From assembly GCA_001604065.1 (NCBI GenBank), contig LVAO01000005.1, positions 14,903-78,902 of the forward strand: 64,000 nucleotides of DNA, given 5' to 3'. The notes beneath the pieces are model-generated. The model was not told the DNA's origin, searched no databases, and saw only the letters and a program-made list of their open reading frames with translations. The translations under genes were made by a program, and so were the position numbers. Shown piece after piece: positions 38,961 to 50,075 of this stretch. Origin of the DNA: Clostridiales bacterium Firm_09 (GTDB lineage Bacteria; Bacillota; Clostridia; Christensenellales; DTU072). Position 1 is the stretch's first letter. Each line of letters opens with the position of its first letter.

Positions 38961-40270
38961 TGGAAAGGGGCAAGAAGGTAGGCATGGTTTCGCTCGGATG
39001 CGACAAAAACCGTGTCGACAGCGAAAAGATTCTGTACTCGCTGCAGAAAGCGGGATATATGCTTGTTTCGGATGCGGCAGAGGCCGACATCATCATAATC
39101 AATACCTGTGCATTCATTGACGCAGCAAAAAAAGAGAGCATCAATACGATTCTTGAGTTTGCCGCGCTCAAGAGGGACAGCGGCAAAAAACTGATTGTCG
39201 CGGGATGTCTTGCCGAACGCTATGCCGAAGAAATTGAAAAGGAGCTTCCGGAGGTCGACGTCTTTGTAGGCATTGACAGCTATAAAGATATTGCCGATAT
39301 TCTGGAAGAAAAATATGGCAGGATTGTAAAAACGCCTGATTTATCCTATTATGAAAAAGGCAGGGTGCTGACAACCCCCATGCATTATGCCTATCTTAAG
39401 ATAGCGGACGGCTGCGATAACTTTTGTTCTTACTGCGCAATCCCGTATATCCGGGGCAGATACCGCTCCTATCCTATGGAGAAGCTTCTGGAAGAGGCAG
39501 AAAAGCTTGCCGAACAGGGCGTCAAAGAACTGATTCTTGTTGCCCAGGACACAACGCGTTACGGCATCGATCTCTATGGACGGTATGCTCTGAAAGAGCT
39601 TATCAGAAAACTGGCGAAGCTTCCTTTTGCGCAGATACGTCTTCTGTACGCCTATCCCGAACTTCTGGATGACGAACTGATTGCAATGATTGCGGAAGAA
39701 GAGAAGCTTGCCAGATATCTGGACATCCCCCTCCAGCACATAGACGACAACGTATTGAAGAGAATGAACAGAAGATCACGCAGCGCCGAAATATATTCTC
39801 TGCTGGAGAAAATCCGCAGCCGTTCAAACGAGATTGCCATCCGTTCCGGATTCATTGTCGGCTTCCCCGGCGAGACCGAAGAGGAGTACGGGAAGCTCCG
39901 TGATTTCATCAAAGCGGGATATATTGATTATGCCGGCTTTTTTGCGTATTCAAGAGAAGAAGGTACGGCGGCGGGAAAAATGAAAGGCCAAATACCATCC
40001 GCTGTCAAAAGAGCGCGCGAAAAGGAACTTTCTGAAATCCAGAGCGCGAATATCGTAGAATCGCATAAAAAATATCTTGGCAAAACCATTCGCGTCCTTT
40101 ATGAAGGAATCGATTACAAACGTTGCCTTTTTTACGGCCGCAACTCGCAGAATGCGCCGGACATCGATACCAAAATCTATTTCTCGTCGGATTATCCCGT
40201 AGAAATAGGCGAATATTACAATGTTTGTATTACTGCGACGGGGTTCCACCTGAGCGGAAAAACAATATGA
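38960..40270 (+). CDS. rimO: ribosomal protein S12 methylthiotransferase (radical SAM MTTase)
   Basis: The UPF0004 N-domain (VSLGCDKN..INTCAF), the radical-SAM CDNFCSYC motif, and a C-terminal TRAM domain. The start overlaps the ftsK stop (TGATG). Confidence 0.85.
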   Translation: MERGKKVGMVSLGCDKNRVDSEKILYSLQKAGYMLVSDAAEADIIIINTCAFIDAAKKESINTILEFAALKRDSGKKLIVAGCLAERYAEEIEKELPEVDVFVGIDSYKDIADILEEKYGRIVKTPDLSYYEKGRVLTTPMHYAYLKIADGCDNFCSYCAIPYIRGRYRSYPMEKLLEEAEKLAEQGVKELILVAQDTTRYGIDLYGRYALKELIRKLAKLPFAQIRLLYAYPELLDDELIAMIAEEEKLARYLDIPLQHIDDNVLKRMNRRSRSAEIYSLLEKIRSRSNEIAIRSGFIVGFPGETEEEYGKLRDFIKAGYIDYAGFFAYSREEGTAAGKMKGQIPSAVKRAREKELSEIQSANIVESHKKYLGKTIRVLYEGIDYKRCLFYGRNSQNAPDIDTKIYFSSDYPVEIGEYYNVCITATGFHLSGKTI

Positions 40271-40297
40271 CAAATTGAGGATTATCAAGGAGAGAAT

Positions 40298-40963
40298 ATG
40301 AAAAAAATGCTTCAGCTGTTTTGCGAACGTGAAGAGATTGAAGACCGGCTTGCCGAATATCTTCCCACGCTCGTTTATACGCTGGAGGGCGATTGTCTGG
40401 AATACACGCTGACTTTTCCGGAAGTCAGCCGGAGCGAATCCGAAGACATCGACAGTCTTTTTGAGGATGAGGCCTATAACAATGACGAAATGCGTCTTGC
40501 CGAGATGCTTGTCGCTCTGGCAGCGGAATGTGGCACAAGGCTTTCGACGGCAGAAAGCTGTACGGGAGGCATGCTTGCAAGTTCTTTGGTAGGGATACCG
40601 GGCTGTTCGGAGGTTTTTTATGAGGGATTGGTCACTTATTCCAATGATTCAAAAATAATCAGGTTGGGTGTTGATCCCGAGACAATCTCCGCATACGGCG
40701 CGGTCAGCGCAGAAACAGCGGTAGAAATGGCGAACGGTCTTTTGTCCGCCGGAGCTGATCTTGCAATCTCCACAACAGGAATTGCGGGACCTTCCGGAGG
40801 TACGCGGGAAAAGCCGGTAGGATTGGTTTATATTGCGGTAGTCAGTGGCAAAAAAAGCGACGTTTACCGCAATATCTTCACGGGCGACCGCTATGCAATA
40901 AGAAAAAAGAGTGCCAATGCCGCTATGTTTTATGCGATACAACATCTGAAAAACAATTTCTGA
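40298..40963 (+). CDS. CinA C-terminal-domain protein (nicotinamide-nucleotide amidohydrolase PncC-like) with an acidic N-terminal extension
   Basis: [16 protein letters not shown]...LGV and [10 protein letters not shown]. The first ~75 aa are acidic and not CinA-like. Confidence 0.75.
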   Translation: MKKMLQLFCEREEIEDRLAEYLPTLVYTLEGDCLEYTLTFPEVSRSESEDIDSLFEDEAYNNDEMRLAEMLVALAAECGTRLSTAESCTGGMLASSLVGIPGCSEVFYEGLVTYSNDSKIIRLGVDPETISAYGAVSAETAVEMANGLLSAGADLAISTTGIAGPSGGTREKPVGLVYIAVVSGKKSDVYRNIFTGDRYAIRKKSANAAMFYAIQHLKNNF

Positions 40964-40985
40964 AAAATCAATGAAGGAGAATCAT

Positions 40986-41975
40986 ATGGACGAAAAGAAA
41001 AAGAAAGCGCTGGACGATGTACTTGCCAGAATCGAAAAGAATTTCGGCAAGGGCGCTATCATGAATTTGGACAGCAGAGAAAAAATCAAGGTGGATGTCA
41101 TTTCGACAGGATGCCTGCCTCTGGATATCGCGATAGGCGTCGGAGGCGTGCCACGCGGCAGAGTGGTGGAGATCTTCGGGCCGGAGTCCTCGGGAAAAAC
41201 GACCATCGCCTTGCATATTATCGCCGAAGCGCAGAAAAATGGAGGAATCGCCGCGTTTATTGACGCCGAGCACGCATTGGACCCCACCTATGCTGCGGCG
41301 CTGGGCGTAGATCTTCACAGGCTCTATGTCGCGCAGCCGGATAACGGGGAACAAGCATTGGATATTGCCGAAGAATTGATCAAGAGCGCAAGCATCGACG
41401 TCATTGTTGTGGACTCTGTCGCGGCACTCACGCCCAAAGCAGAAATCGACGGAGAAATGGGCGACTCGCATATCGGCCTGCAGGCAAGACTGATGTCGCA
41501 GGCGCTTCGCAAAATGACGGCCGTCATCAATAAGACCAACACCTGCATTATTTTTATCAATCAGCTGCGTGAAAAGGTGGGCGTCATGTTTGGCAATCCG
41601 GAGACCACACCCGGCGGCAAGGCGCTCAAATTTTATGCGAGTGTCCGTCTTGACGTCAGAAAGATTGATTCATTAAAGGACGGTTCGGATATGACAGGAA
41701 ACAGGACGCGGGTCAAGGTGGTCAAAAACAAATTGGCCGCACCGTTCAAGCAGGCGGAATTCGATATGGTTTTCGGACACGGCATTTCTGCGATGGGTTG
41801 CCTCCTCGATCTGGGCATCGAGAAAGGTTTAATCCAGAAAAGCGGATCCTGGTTTGCTTACAAAGATGAAAAAATCGGACAAGGAAGAGAGAAAGCGATT
41901 GATTTTCTCACGAATAACCCCGAGATCGCAGCAGAATTGGATAAAAAAATCCGCGAAGCTGCAGGATTGATATAA
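40986..41975 (+). CDS. recA: recombinase RecA
   Basis: FGKGAIM, Walker [10 protein letters not shown] and [26 protein letters not shown]. The start is at the ATG at 40986 with a GAAGGAG RBS. Confidence 0.95.
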   Translation: MDEKKKKALDDVLARIEKNFGKGAIMNLDSREKIKVDVISTGCLPLDIAIGVGGVPRGRVVEIFGPESSGKTTIALHIIAEAQKNGGIAAFIDAEHALDPTYAAALGVDLHRLYVAQPDNGEQALDIAEELIKSASIDVIVVDSVAALTPKAEIDGEMGDSHIGLQARLMSQALRKMTAVINKTNTCIIFINQLREKVGVMFGNPETTPGGKALKFYASVRLDVRKIDSLKDGSDMTGNRTRVKVVKNKLAAPFKQAEFDMVFGHGISAMGCLLDLGIEKGLIQKSGSWFAYKDEKIGQGREKAIDFLTNNPEIAAELDKKIREAAGLI

Positions 41976-42099
41976 CAGTCAAAAAGCCGAATTCATTTTT
42001 CAAACGGTCGGATCCGGGAAATGCGGATGCAGCATTCCGGGGAAGGCATAATCTGTTTTATGCGGGATATAATACATATCGCGCATATGGAAATAGGTG

Positions 42100-42128
42100 T
42101 TGACATCATCATGGAATAAGGCTATAAT
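42100..42128 (+). promoter_or_regulatory. sigma-A consensus promoter for rny
   Basis: TTGACA (42100-42105), 17 nt, TATAAT (42123-42128). Confidence 0.6.
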
Positions 42129-42208
42129 TTATAATAGTAATATAACAGCAGCGAACGGCTGTATATAATACGCGCAATTTGAAAACGAAATAAATCAGGA
42201 GGTTAAAA

Positions 42209-43804
42209 ATGCATAGCAGTCTAGTTACTCTTTGCGCTTTGGCTCCCTGGGCTGTCGCAATCATCTCGGTCCTTCCGTCGCTGGCAATCGGCGGGTTTGC
42301 GGGATATCAGATTTATAAGCAGCTTCTAAAAAAGAAGCTGTGCGATGCTCAATCGGAGTCGGCGAGAATTCTGGAAGACGCTCGCCTTGAGGCAAAAACA
42401 CTTAGAAAGGATGCGCTTCTGGAAGCAAAGGAAGAACAGCTCAGACTGCGTAACGAGTTAGAGAAAGAATCCAGAGACAGACGCGCAGAATTGCAGAAAC
42501 AAGAATTCAGACTTAATCAGAAAGAAGATTCCATCAATAAAAAAGAAGATCTTCTGGATAAAAAACTTGAGTCTCTCGACAAAACAAAAAAAGATTTGGA
42601 TCAAAGAGAAGCTTTGCTTCAAATAAAGGAAGAAGAACTCAAAAAGCATAACGAACGGATGATGGCAGAGCTGGAAAAAGTGGCCGGAATGACCAAAGAC
42701 GAAGCCAAACAGATTATTATCAACCAGATGCAGGAGCAAGCGCGCAACGATGCCGCCGTTCTTATCAAAGAAATCGAGAGAGAAGCCAGAGACGAGGGTG
42801 AAAAGCGTGCCAAGAATATTGTTGCCCTCGCAATTCAAAAATGCGCGGTGGACCAGACCGCAGAAAACACCGTATCGGTGGTTGAACTGCCCAACGAAGA
42901 CATGAAGGGCCGTATCATCGGACGGGTGGGACGCAATATCAAGGCGCTGGAAAGCGCAACAGGCGTGGACATCATTATTGATGATACGCCCGATGTGGTC
43001 ACTCTGACCGGATTTGATCCCGTCAGGAGAGAAATTGCACGTCTGACCCTGCAAAAACTGGTGGCAGACGGACGCATTCATCCGGGACGTATCGAAGAAG
43101 TCGCCGACAGAGTCCGTCGCGATATGGAAGCGACCATCAAGGAAGCAGGTGAGTCTGCGGTTTTTGACGCCGGTATCTACGGCATCCATCCGGAATTGGT
43201 CAAATTGCTGGGCAGGATGAAGTACCGTACCAGCTACGGTCAGAATGTTCTAAAACACTCATTGGAAGTTTCGTATCTTGCGGGACTTCTTGCGGGAGAA
43301 TTGGGTGCGGATATCAAAATCTGCAAGAGAGCCGGTCTTCTGCATGATATCGGCAAATCCGTAGACCACGAATACGAGGGCACACATGTCCAAATCGGTG
43401 TAGAACTTGCCCGCAAATACAAAGAAAATGAAAAAGTCGTCCATGCGATCGCTGCCCATCACGGCGACATCGAGGCAACGACTATAGAAGCCATTCTTGT
43501 GCAGACCGCGGATGCCATCAGCGGCGCACGCCCCGGCGCAAGAAGGGAATCACTGGAATTTTATGTCAAACGTCTGGAAAAACTGGAGAATCTCGCAAAC
43601 TCGTTCGCAGGAGTAGAGCAGTCATACGCCATACAGGCCGGTCGCGAAATACGCGTGATCGTAAAACCCGAGGTGGTGGATGACGCCAAAACCATCTTGC
43701 TCGCCAAGGATATCGCCCATAAGTTGGAAAACGAACTGGAATATCCCGGTCAGATCAAGGTCAATGTCATCAGAGAACTCAGAAGCGTAGAATACGCAAA
43801 ATAG
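42209..43804 (+). CDS. rny: ribonuclease Y
   Basis: N-terminal TM helix, a Lys/Glu coiled coil, a KH domain (GRIIGR.GRNI), and an HD domain (LLHDIGK). Confidence 0.95.
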   Translation: MHSSLVTLCALAPWAVAIISVLPSLAIGGFAGYQIYKQLLKKKLCDAQSESARILEDARLEAKTLRKDALLEAKEEQLRLRNELEKESRDRRAELQKQEFRLNQKEDSINKKEDLLDKKLESLDKTKKDLDQREALLQIKEEELKKHNERMMAELEKVAGMTKDEAKQIIINQMQEQARNDAAVLIKEIEREARDEGEKRAKNIVALAIQKCAVDQTAENTVSVVELPNEDMKGRIIGRVGRNIKALESATGVDIIIDDTPDVVTLTGFDPVRREIARLTLQKLVADGRIHPGRIEEVADRVRRDMEATIKEAGESAVFDAGIYGIHPELVKLLGRMKYRTSYGQNVLKHSLEVSYLAGLLAGELGADIKICKRAGLLHDIGKSVDHEYEGTHVQIGVELARKYKENEKVVHAIAAHHGDIEATTIEAILVQTADAISGARPGARRESLEFYVKRLEKLENLANSFAGVEQSYAIQAGREIRVIVKPEVVDDAKTILLAKDIAHKLENELEYPGQIKVNVIRELRSVEYAK

Positions 43805-43824
43805 TTTTTTGGTTGTCTTATCGG

Positions 43825-43862
43825 CGCGCGGAGGTGAAATCGATCACCTCCGCGCGTTTTTT
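43825..43862 (+). terminator. rho-independent terminator of rny
   Basis: Perfect 13-bp stem CGCGCGGAGGTGA / TCACCTCCGCGCG, a 6-nt loop, then TTTTTT. Confidence 0.85.
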
Positions 43863-43904
43863 GTTCGGTTGACTCTTCAAAATGCTTCCGATTGGTCCAA
43901 AAGA

Positions 43905-43937
43905 ACAACAAAGCCGCGTCTTTCCGACGCGGCTTTG
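43905..43937 (-). terminator. hairpin terminator downstream of the minus-strand Gly/Cys mini-gene
   Basis: AAAGCCGCGTC-tttcc-GACGCGGCTTT. On the minus strand it is followed by gttgttctttt. Confidence 0.5.
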
Positions 43938-44000
43938 TATGTGTTTGTTCCTGCAATTGCATGCAGTTTTGTCATGGGCATTATGCCCGGGTGCGCTGGG

Positions 44001-44216
44001 TTACTTGCAAGGATTGCATCTGGGTTCCTTGTTTCCGCAGCAGCAGCAGAGTATAAGTATAAAGATCAGAAGCTCACAGCAATCGCAGCCGCCACCACAG
44101 CAGCAAAGGAGCAGCAAAATCCAAATCAAGCAGCTGCAGTCTCCACATCCGTTGCCGAAGCCGCCACCGCAGCCGCCTCCGCCGAAGCCGCCGCCAAATC
44201 CGCCGAATCCGTTCAT
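44001..44216 (-). CDS. 71-aa Gly/Cys-rich mini-protein with two short hydrophobic segments (YjcZ-like?)
   Basis: GGAGG lies 9 nt upstream of the ATG (44217-44235c), and the gene has its own downstream hairpin. The sequence is MNGFGGFGGGFGGGGCGGGFGNGCGDCSCLIWILLLLCCCGGGCDCCELLIFILILCCCCGNKEPRCNPCK. Confidence 0.6.
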   Translation of the reverse strand: MNGFGGFGGGFGGGGCGGGFGNGCGDCSCLIWILLLLCCCGGGCDCCELLIFILILCCCCGNKEPRCNPCK

Positions 44217-44443
44217 GTTTTTTAACCTCCATTTTAATATTTTCGTAGTTTTGACCTACAATACAAAATATGAATATATTTATGTTTATGTTACGAAGCG
44301 CAGCCGGACGAATGAAATCGGGAGCTGAAAGATGAGGACAAAAATGTATATTCAAACCGTTGCAATTTGATTTTGTTGAGAGTAGAATAATGTCCGAACT
44401 GAGTAGTAAAAACTAAGTAATATATTTTTTGGAGAATACAGTG

Positions 44444-45175
44444 ATGCAAACGATGCTTTCGGGCAAATTTGCAGACTTCTTAAGAGAACAGTATGAGGCT
44501 GCCTTTGGCAAAACCATGGGCGAAACCGTTAACGAAGCGCTCAATCCGGAGTCTGTCAATCTGTTTGGGTTGCAGGTTAATCCAGCAATCTATACGGCAT
44601 TCGGGGTAACGGCATTTCTGTTGCTTGTCTGTGTTCTGTTGCGTATCTTTGTCATACCGAAATTCAAAAAACAGCCCAAAGGCATTCAGCTGTTTCTGGA
44701 AGGAATAGTAGGGTATTTTGACCGCAGTGCGACAAGCGCCTTGCACCGCCATGGGAATTTTGTAGGTCCATACGTGTTTACTGCCGCGGCATTTATTGCG
44801 CTCAGCACGCTTGTGGACCTCGTCGGGATCCGGCCTGCCTTCAGTTCCATAAACACATGTTTCGCGTTTGGATTCACGACCTTTCTGGTTATCAATTTTT
44901 CCGGTTTCCGCGAACACAAGCTTCACAGACTCAGCCGATACAAGAATCCCATCAATATCCTGACCGATGCTTCTGTTGCGTTGTCTCTTTCGCTGCGTCT
45001 CTTCGGCGCAATCACGAGCGGTTTCATTATTACAGAACTTGTATATGCGTTTATATTTACAAGCCTGGTTTTGCCGGCAGGCGTGGCAGTCATTACGACA
45101 CTGTTCCATGCAGCCATTCAATCTTATCTGTTTGCGGCTTTGACCATCATGTTTGTACAAGAAGCCGTCGAATAA
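44444..45175 (+). CDS. atpB: F0F1 ATP synthase subunit a
   Basis: Polytopic, with LSLSLRLFGAITSG (the conserved Arg of RLFGN). The start is set at the ATG at 44444 (GGAGAA 7 nt upstream). The track TTG at 44429 is also possible. Confidence 0.85.
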   Translation: MQTMLSGKFADFLREQYEAAFGKTMGETVNEALNPESVNLFGLQVNPAIYTAFGVTAFLLLVCVLLRIFVIPKFKKQPKGIQLFLEGIVGYFDRSATSALHRHGNFVGPYVFTAAAFIALSTLVDLVGIRPAFSSINTCFAFGFTTFLVINFSGFREHKLHRLSRYKNPINILTDASVALSLSLRLFGAITSGFIITELVYAFIFTSLVLPAGVAVITTLFHAAIQSYLFAALTIMFVQEAVE

Positions 45176-45200
45176 ACTAAATTCAAATGGAGATACTTTT

Positions 45201-45440
45201 ATGTTGACTTTGTTAGCTGTTGAAGGAATCAGCGCGCTCGGAGCAGCGCTTGCAATCGGACTGACCGGACTTGGCGCAGCGCTGGGCATGGGACTCGGAC
45301 TGGGAAGAGCTGTGGACGCAATCGGACGTCAACCTGAAGCGGATAATAAGATTCGATCCACTCTGATTTTTGGTTTTGCGTTTTGTGAAACCGTTGCAAT
45401 TTATGGTCTTTTGATATCCATTCTGTTGCTGACGCTTTAA
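45201..45440 (+). CDS. atpE: F0F1 ATP synthase subunit c
   Basis: 79-aa hairpin with the GRQPE loop and the carboxylate in FCETVAIYGL. The start is at the ATG at 45201 with a GGAG RBS. Confidence 0.9.
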   Translation: MLTLLAVEGISALGAALAIGLTGLGAALGMGLGLGRAVDAIGRQPEADNKIRSTLIFGFAFCETVAIYGLLISILLLTL

Positions 45441-45463
45441 GGCGCTGCCATCGGAGGTAAAAA

Positions 45464-45976
45464 ATGTACACGACGCTGATTGCAGAAGGAATGCCGCTCG
45501 GGTTGAGCTTTATAGAAATCCTGATTCATATGTTCAACCTGGCGATTCTGATTGTCGGCATTCGCTTGCTTTTGTATAAACCCGTCAAGAAGTTTATGGA
45601 GAAGCGCGCTTTGCAATACAAGCAGGCGGAAGAAGAGAGCGAACAGAAGAAAAAGGAAGCCGAAGACCTCAAATTGCAGTATGAGAAGCTTGTTGAGGAT
45701 TCGCGCCAGAACGCCATTACCATTACAAAAGAGGCGACTGTTTCTGCGATGATTCAGGCGGATGAGATTCTAGAAAATGCAAAAAATGAGGCCGAAAGGC
45801 GTTTGAAGCGCGCAGAAGAAGAGATAGCGCATATGAATGCTCTTCACAAAGAAGAATTGTCAGACGCTGTTTCGGACCTTGCGGTTGATATGGCCTCCCG
45901 TATTTTGCAAAGAGAAGTCAAACCCGAAGACAATGATGATATTATCGAAAACCTGATCCGTAAGTGGAAAGATTAG
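45464..45976 (+). CDS. atpF: F0F1 ATP synthase subunit b
   Basis: A single N-terminal TM helix followed by a long charged helix (K/E/A-rich). 170 aa. Confidence 0.85.
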   Translation: MYTTLIAEGMPLGLSFIEILIHMFNLAILIVGIRLLLYKPVKKFMEKRALQYKQAEEESEQKKKEAEDLKLQYEKLVEDSRQNAITITKEATVSAMIQADEILENAKNEAERRLKRAEEEIAHMNALHKEELSDAVSDLAVDMASRILQREVKPEDNDDIIENLIRKWKD

Positions 45977-45978
45977 TT

Positions 45979-47721
45979 ATGAGACAAATCCTAATCAAGT
46001 CCTCAATTGAACTGACGCCGGAGCAAAAAAAGAAGCTTGAGAATGGCATCCGGAGCAAAGAGAAGGGAGAGCTTGTTTTTGTTTACCAGATTTCTGACAT
46101 CGTAGGCGGCGTTTCCATTTCGGACGGCGAAACGATACTTGATGCGTCTTATGCACGTGACCTCTATCAACTGCGCAAGAAGAGTCGTGAACTGATTCAT
46201 AGCAATATTAAGAAAGGCATTCCTGTGAATAAAATACCGTACATTATAAAAGAAAAACTTGCATCTCTTATAGATCACGTACCGGATAAGGCTGTTTGCG
46301 GCAGAGTCATCAGTGCCGCGGACGGAGTGATCCGAGCAGAAGGGCTGAACAATTGTCAATACGGAGAGCTGTTGCTTATCGGTACGAGGGGCTTTGCGCT
46401 CGCAATGAATCTTGAAGAAAATTGCGTTGGCGCCATTCTGCTCAGCGATATGGATACCGTTGAGTATGGCGATACGGTTTATACGACCGGCAAAATCATT
46501 GAAGTGCCCGTCGGCGAAGAACTTCTCGGGCGTATCGTCAATCCGTTGGGCGAACCCATTGACAACAAGCCTGCCATTAATTACGAAAAAACGCGCCATA
46601 TAGAAAACGAGGCGCCCCGCATTGTCGACCGGCAGAAGGTCAATCAGCCTCTTTCTACGGGCATTCTCGCCATCGATTCCATGGTGCCGATCGGAAAGGG
46701 GCAGCGTGAACTGATTATCGGCGACAGGCAAACGGGCAAAACATCCATTTGCGTGGATGCCATTATCAATCAGCGCGATAAAAATGTGATATGCGTTTAT
46801 GTCGCCATCGGACAAAGGGCATCCGCGATACGCAAGATCATAAAAACGTTGGATGAAAACGGTGCGATGTCTTATACGACGGTTGTTCTTTCTACCGCTT
46901 CTGACAGTGCGCCGCTGCAATACATCGCGCCTTATACCGGCTGCGCCATCGCGGAAGAGTTTATGGAACAGGGCCGAGACGTGTTGATTGTCTATGATGA
47001 CATGACCAAGCATGCGATAGCGTACAGGGCAATATCGTTATTATTGAAGCGTCCATCCGGCAGAGAAGCGTATCCGGGCGATATCTTCTATATCCACAGC
47101 AGACTTCTTGAAAGAGCGGCGAAGCTCTCGGACAAGCTCGGAGGCGGCTCGATGACCGCGCTGCCCATTATCGAAACGCAGGCAGGCGATATCTCCGCTT
47201 ATATTCCCACCAATGTCATAAGCATTACGGACGGACAGATTTATCTGGAAAGCGAGCTGTTTAATGCCGGACAGCGTCCCGCGATCAACGTAGGCTTATC
47301 TGTTTCACGCGTGGGCGGCTCGGCTCAGACATCGTTCATACGCAAGCTGAGCTCTCAACTGCGTCTGGACATTGCGCATTACAGAGAACTGGCGATTTTT
47401 GCGCAATTCGGATCCTCTCTGGATACGGCCACACGAGAAATTCTCAATAACGGCGAAAAGATTGTCGAAGCACTCAAGCAACCGGAATGTCAGCCGCTCA
47501 GCATGCTCCGCGAAGGTCTGTATCTGTATGCCATTGTCAAGGGGCATCTGAAAGAAATACCGACCAACCGTATAGCAGAATTTCTGGACGGATATTACAA
47601 TTATGTTTGCGGAACGGCAACCGAAACCTGCAAGAAAATCAAATCCGGCGCTTCTATGGGCGACGAAGATGTGGCTATATTGGAGTCCGCGGCAAAGCAA
47701 TACAAAACTCTGTTCCGCTAA
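45979..47721 (+). CDS. atpA: F1 ATP synthase subunit alpha carrying an N-terminal delta (OSCP) C-terminal-domain-like extension
   Basis: Residues from ~V83 onward are canonical alpha (DGV.RAEGL, ALNLEEN-like, VPVGEELLGR, Walker A GDRQTGKTS). The first ~80 aa (ILIKSSIELTPEQKKKLE..GELVFVYQISDIVGGVSISDGETILDASYARDLYQLRKK) match the delta C-terminus pattern. No separate atpH lies between atpF and atpG. Confidence 0.85.
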   Translation: MRQILIKSSIELTPEQKKKLENGIRSKEKGELVFVYQISDIVGGVSISDGETILDASYARDLYQLRKKSRELIHSNIKKGIPVNKIPYIIKEKLASLIDHVPDKAVCGRVISAADGVIRAEGLNNCQYGELLLIGTRGFALAMNLEENCVGAILLSDMDTVEYGDTVYTTGKIIEVPVGEELLGRIVNPLGEPIDNKPAINYEKTRHIENEAPRIVDRQKVNQPLSTGILAIDSMVPIGKGQRELIIGDRQTGKTSICVDAIINQRDKNVICVYVAIGQRASAIRKIIKTLDENGAMSYTTVVLSTASDSAPLQYIAPYTGCAIAEEFMEQGRDVLIVYDDMTKHAIAYRAISLLLKRPSGREAYPGDIFYIHSRLLERAAKLSDKLGGGSMTALPIIETQAGDISAYIPTNVISITDGQIYLESELFNAGQRPAINVGLSVSRVGGSAQTSFIRKLSSQLRLDIAHYRELAIFAQFGSSLDTATREILNNGEKIVEALKQPECQPLSMLREGLYLYAIVKGHLKEIPTNRIAEFLDGYYNYVCGTATETCKKIKSGASMGDEDVAILESAAKQYKTLFR

Positions 47722-47739
47722 GGGACGGTTCCATACGTT

Positions 47740-48663
47740 ATGCATAATATAGTTGACATCAGAAACCGTATAAAAAGCATTCGTGACACCGCTCAGATCA
47801 CCAAGGCGATGCAGCTCATTAGTGTCGCAAAAATGCGTAAAGCAAACGAAAAATTTGCCCAGAATGATCGCTATTATCGACGTATCAAGAGCACGATCAA
47901 AGATATTTTTTCGCATATGGGCAACGAAAAAATCGAGCATCCGTATCTTCAGCACAGGGAAGGCAACCGCATTGTGTTTATTGTCATTGCTTCCGATGCC
48001 GGACTTGCGGGAGAATACAACCACAGAGTTCTCAAGTTTGCACAGAGCGAAATTGCCAAGGCCGGCAAGGACAGCAAAATCGTCGTAATCGGGCATATGG
48101 CAGAAGAGTATTTTACCGCGCAGGGATATCAGATAATCAACAGTTATGTATATTGTTCGCAGAATCCCACCATTGACGATGTCCGGCGGATATCCACCCT
48201 TGCGATTGATTTTTACGATGCCGGCGAGGCAGACGAGGTGCGCATAATCTATACGCGGCATGTCAACAACCTTAACGTTGCCCTGTCCGAAAGAGTGGTG
48301 CCGATTCATAAAAGCGATTTTGAAACGGCGACTCCCGTCAAGGAGTATAAAGAAACGCTTACCTTTGAGCCTTCGCCCATAGAGGTGTTCAATATTCTTG
48401 TGCCGCAGTACGTTCTGGGCGTGATCTTTAATGCGCTTATTGAGTCCGTCCGCTGCGAACACAGCGAAAGAATGGTCGCCATGAATAATGCGACCAACAA
48501 TGCAAACGATATGATCGATACGCTGGAACTTGAATATCATAGAGCACGGCAGGCGCAGATTACCGCGGAGCTGTCGGAAATCAGCTCTTATCAGCGTGCA
48601 AAAACAGACAAAGTGCCTTACGAAAAAGTGGACGTCCGCATCGCAAGACAAAATAAGAATTGA
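47740..48663 (+). CDS. atpG: F1 ATP synthase subunit gamma
   Basis: I..RIKSI..T.QITKAMQL.S.AK.RKA at the N-terminus and ITAEL.EI near the C-terminus. Confidence 0.9.
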   Translation: MHNIVDIRNRIKSIRDTAQITKAMQLISVAKMRKANEKFAQNDRYYRRIKSTIKDIFSHMGNEKIEHPYLQHREGNRIVFIVIASDAGLAGEYNHRVLKFAQSEIAKAGKDSKIVVIGHMAEEYFTAQGYQIINSYVYCSQNPTIDDVRRISTLAIDFYDAGEADEVRIIYTRHVNNLNVALSERVVPIHKSDFETATPVKEYKETLTFEPSPIEVFNILVPQYVLGVIFNALIESVRCEHSERMVAMNNATNNANDMIDTLELEYHRARQAQITAELSEISSYQRAKTDKVPYEKVDVRIARQNKN

Positions 48664-50073
<1,410 letters not shown>

Positions 50074-50075
50074 TT

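Noticed and set aside
43809-44328. Two overlapping plus-strand ORFs (138 and 148 aa) with Ala/Pro/Gln-rich low-complexity products in the rny-atp gap.
   Set aside because: They start inside or just after the rny terminator, lack an RBS, and are the complement of the Gly/Cys codon repeats. The minus-strand 71-aa ORF is the only frame with an RBS and terminator.
45201-45440. A possible Na+-binding signature in the ATP synthase c subunit, given the neighbouring Rnf complex.
   Set aside because: Helix 2 has E-T-V-A-I-Y, so Glu, Thr and Tyr are present. By my manual alignment to the I. tartaricus c subunit, the helix-1 Gln equivalent is Met and the second Ser/Thr position is Val. The full Q...E-S/T-T...Y motif is not met, so ion specificity cannot be called from sequence.
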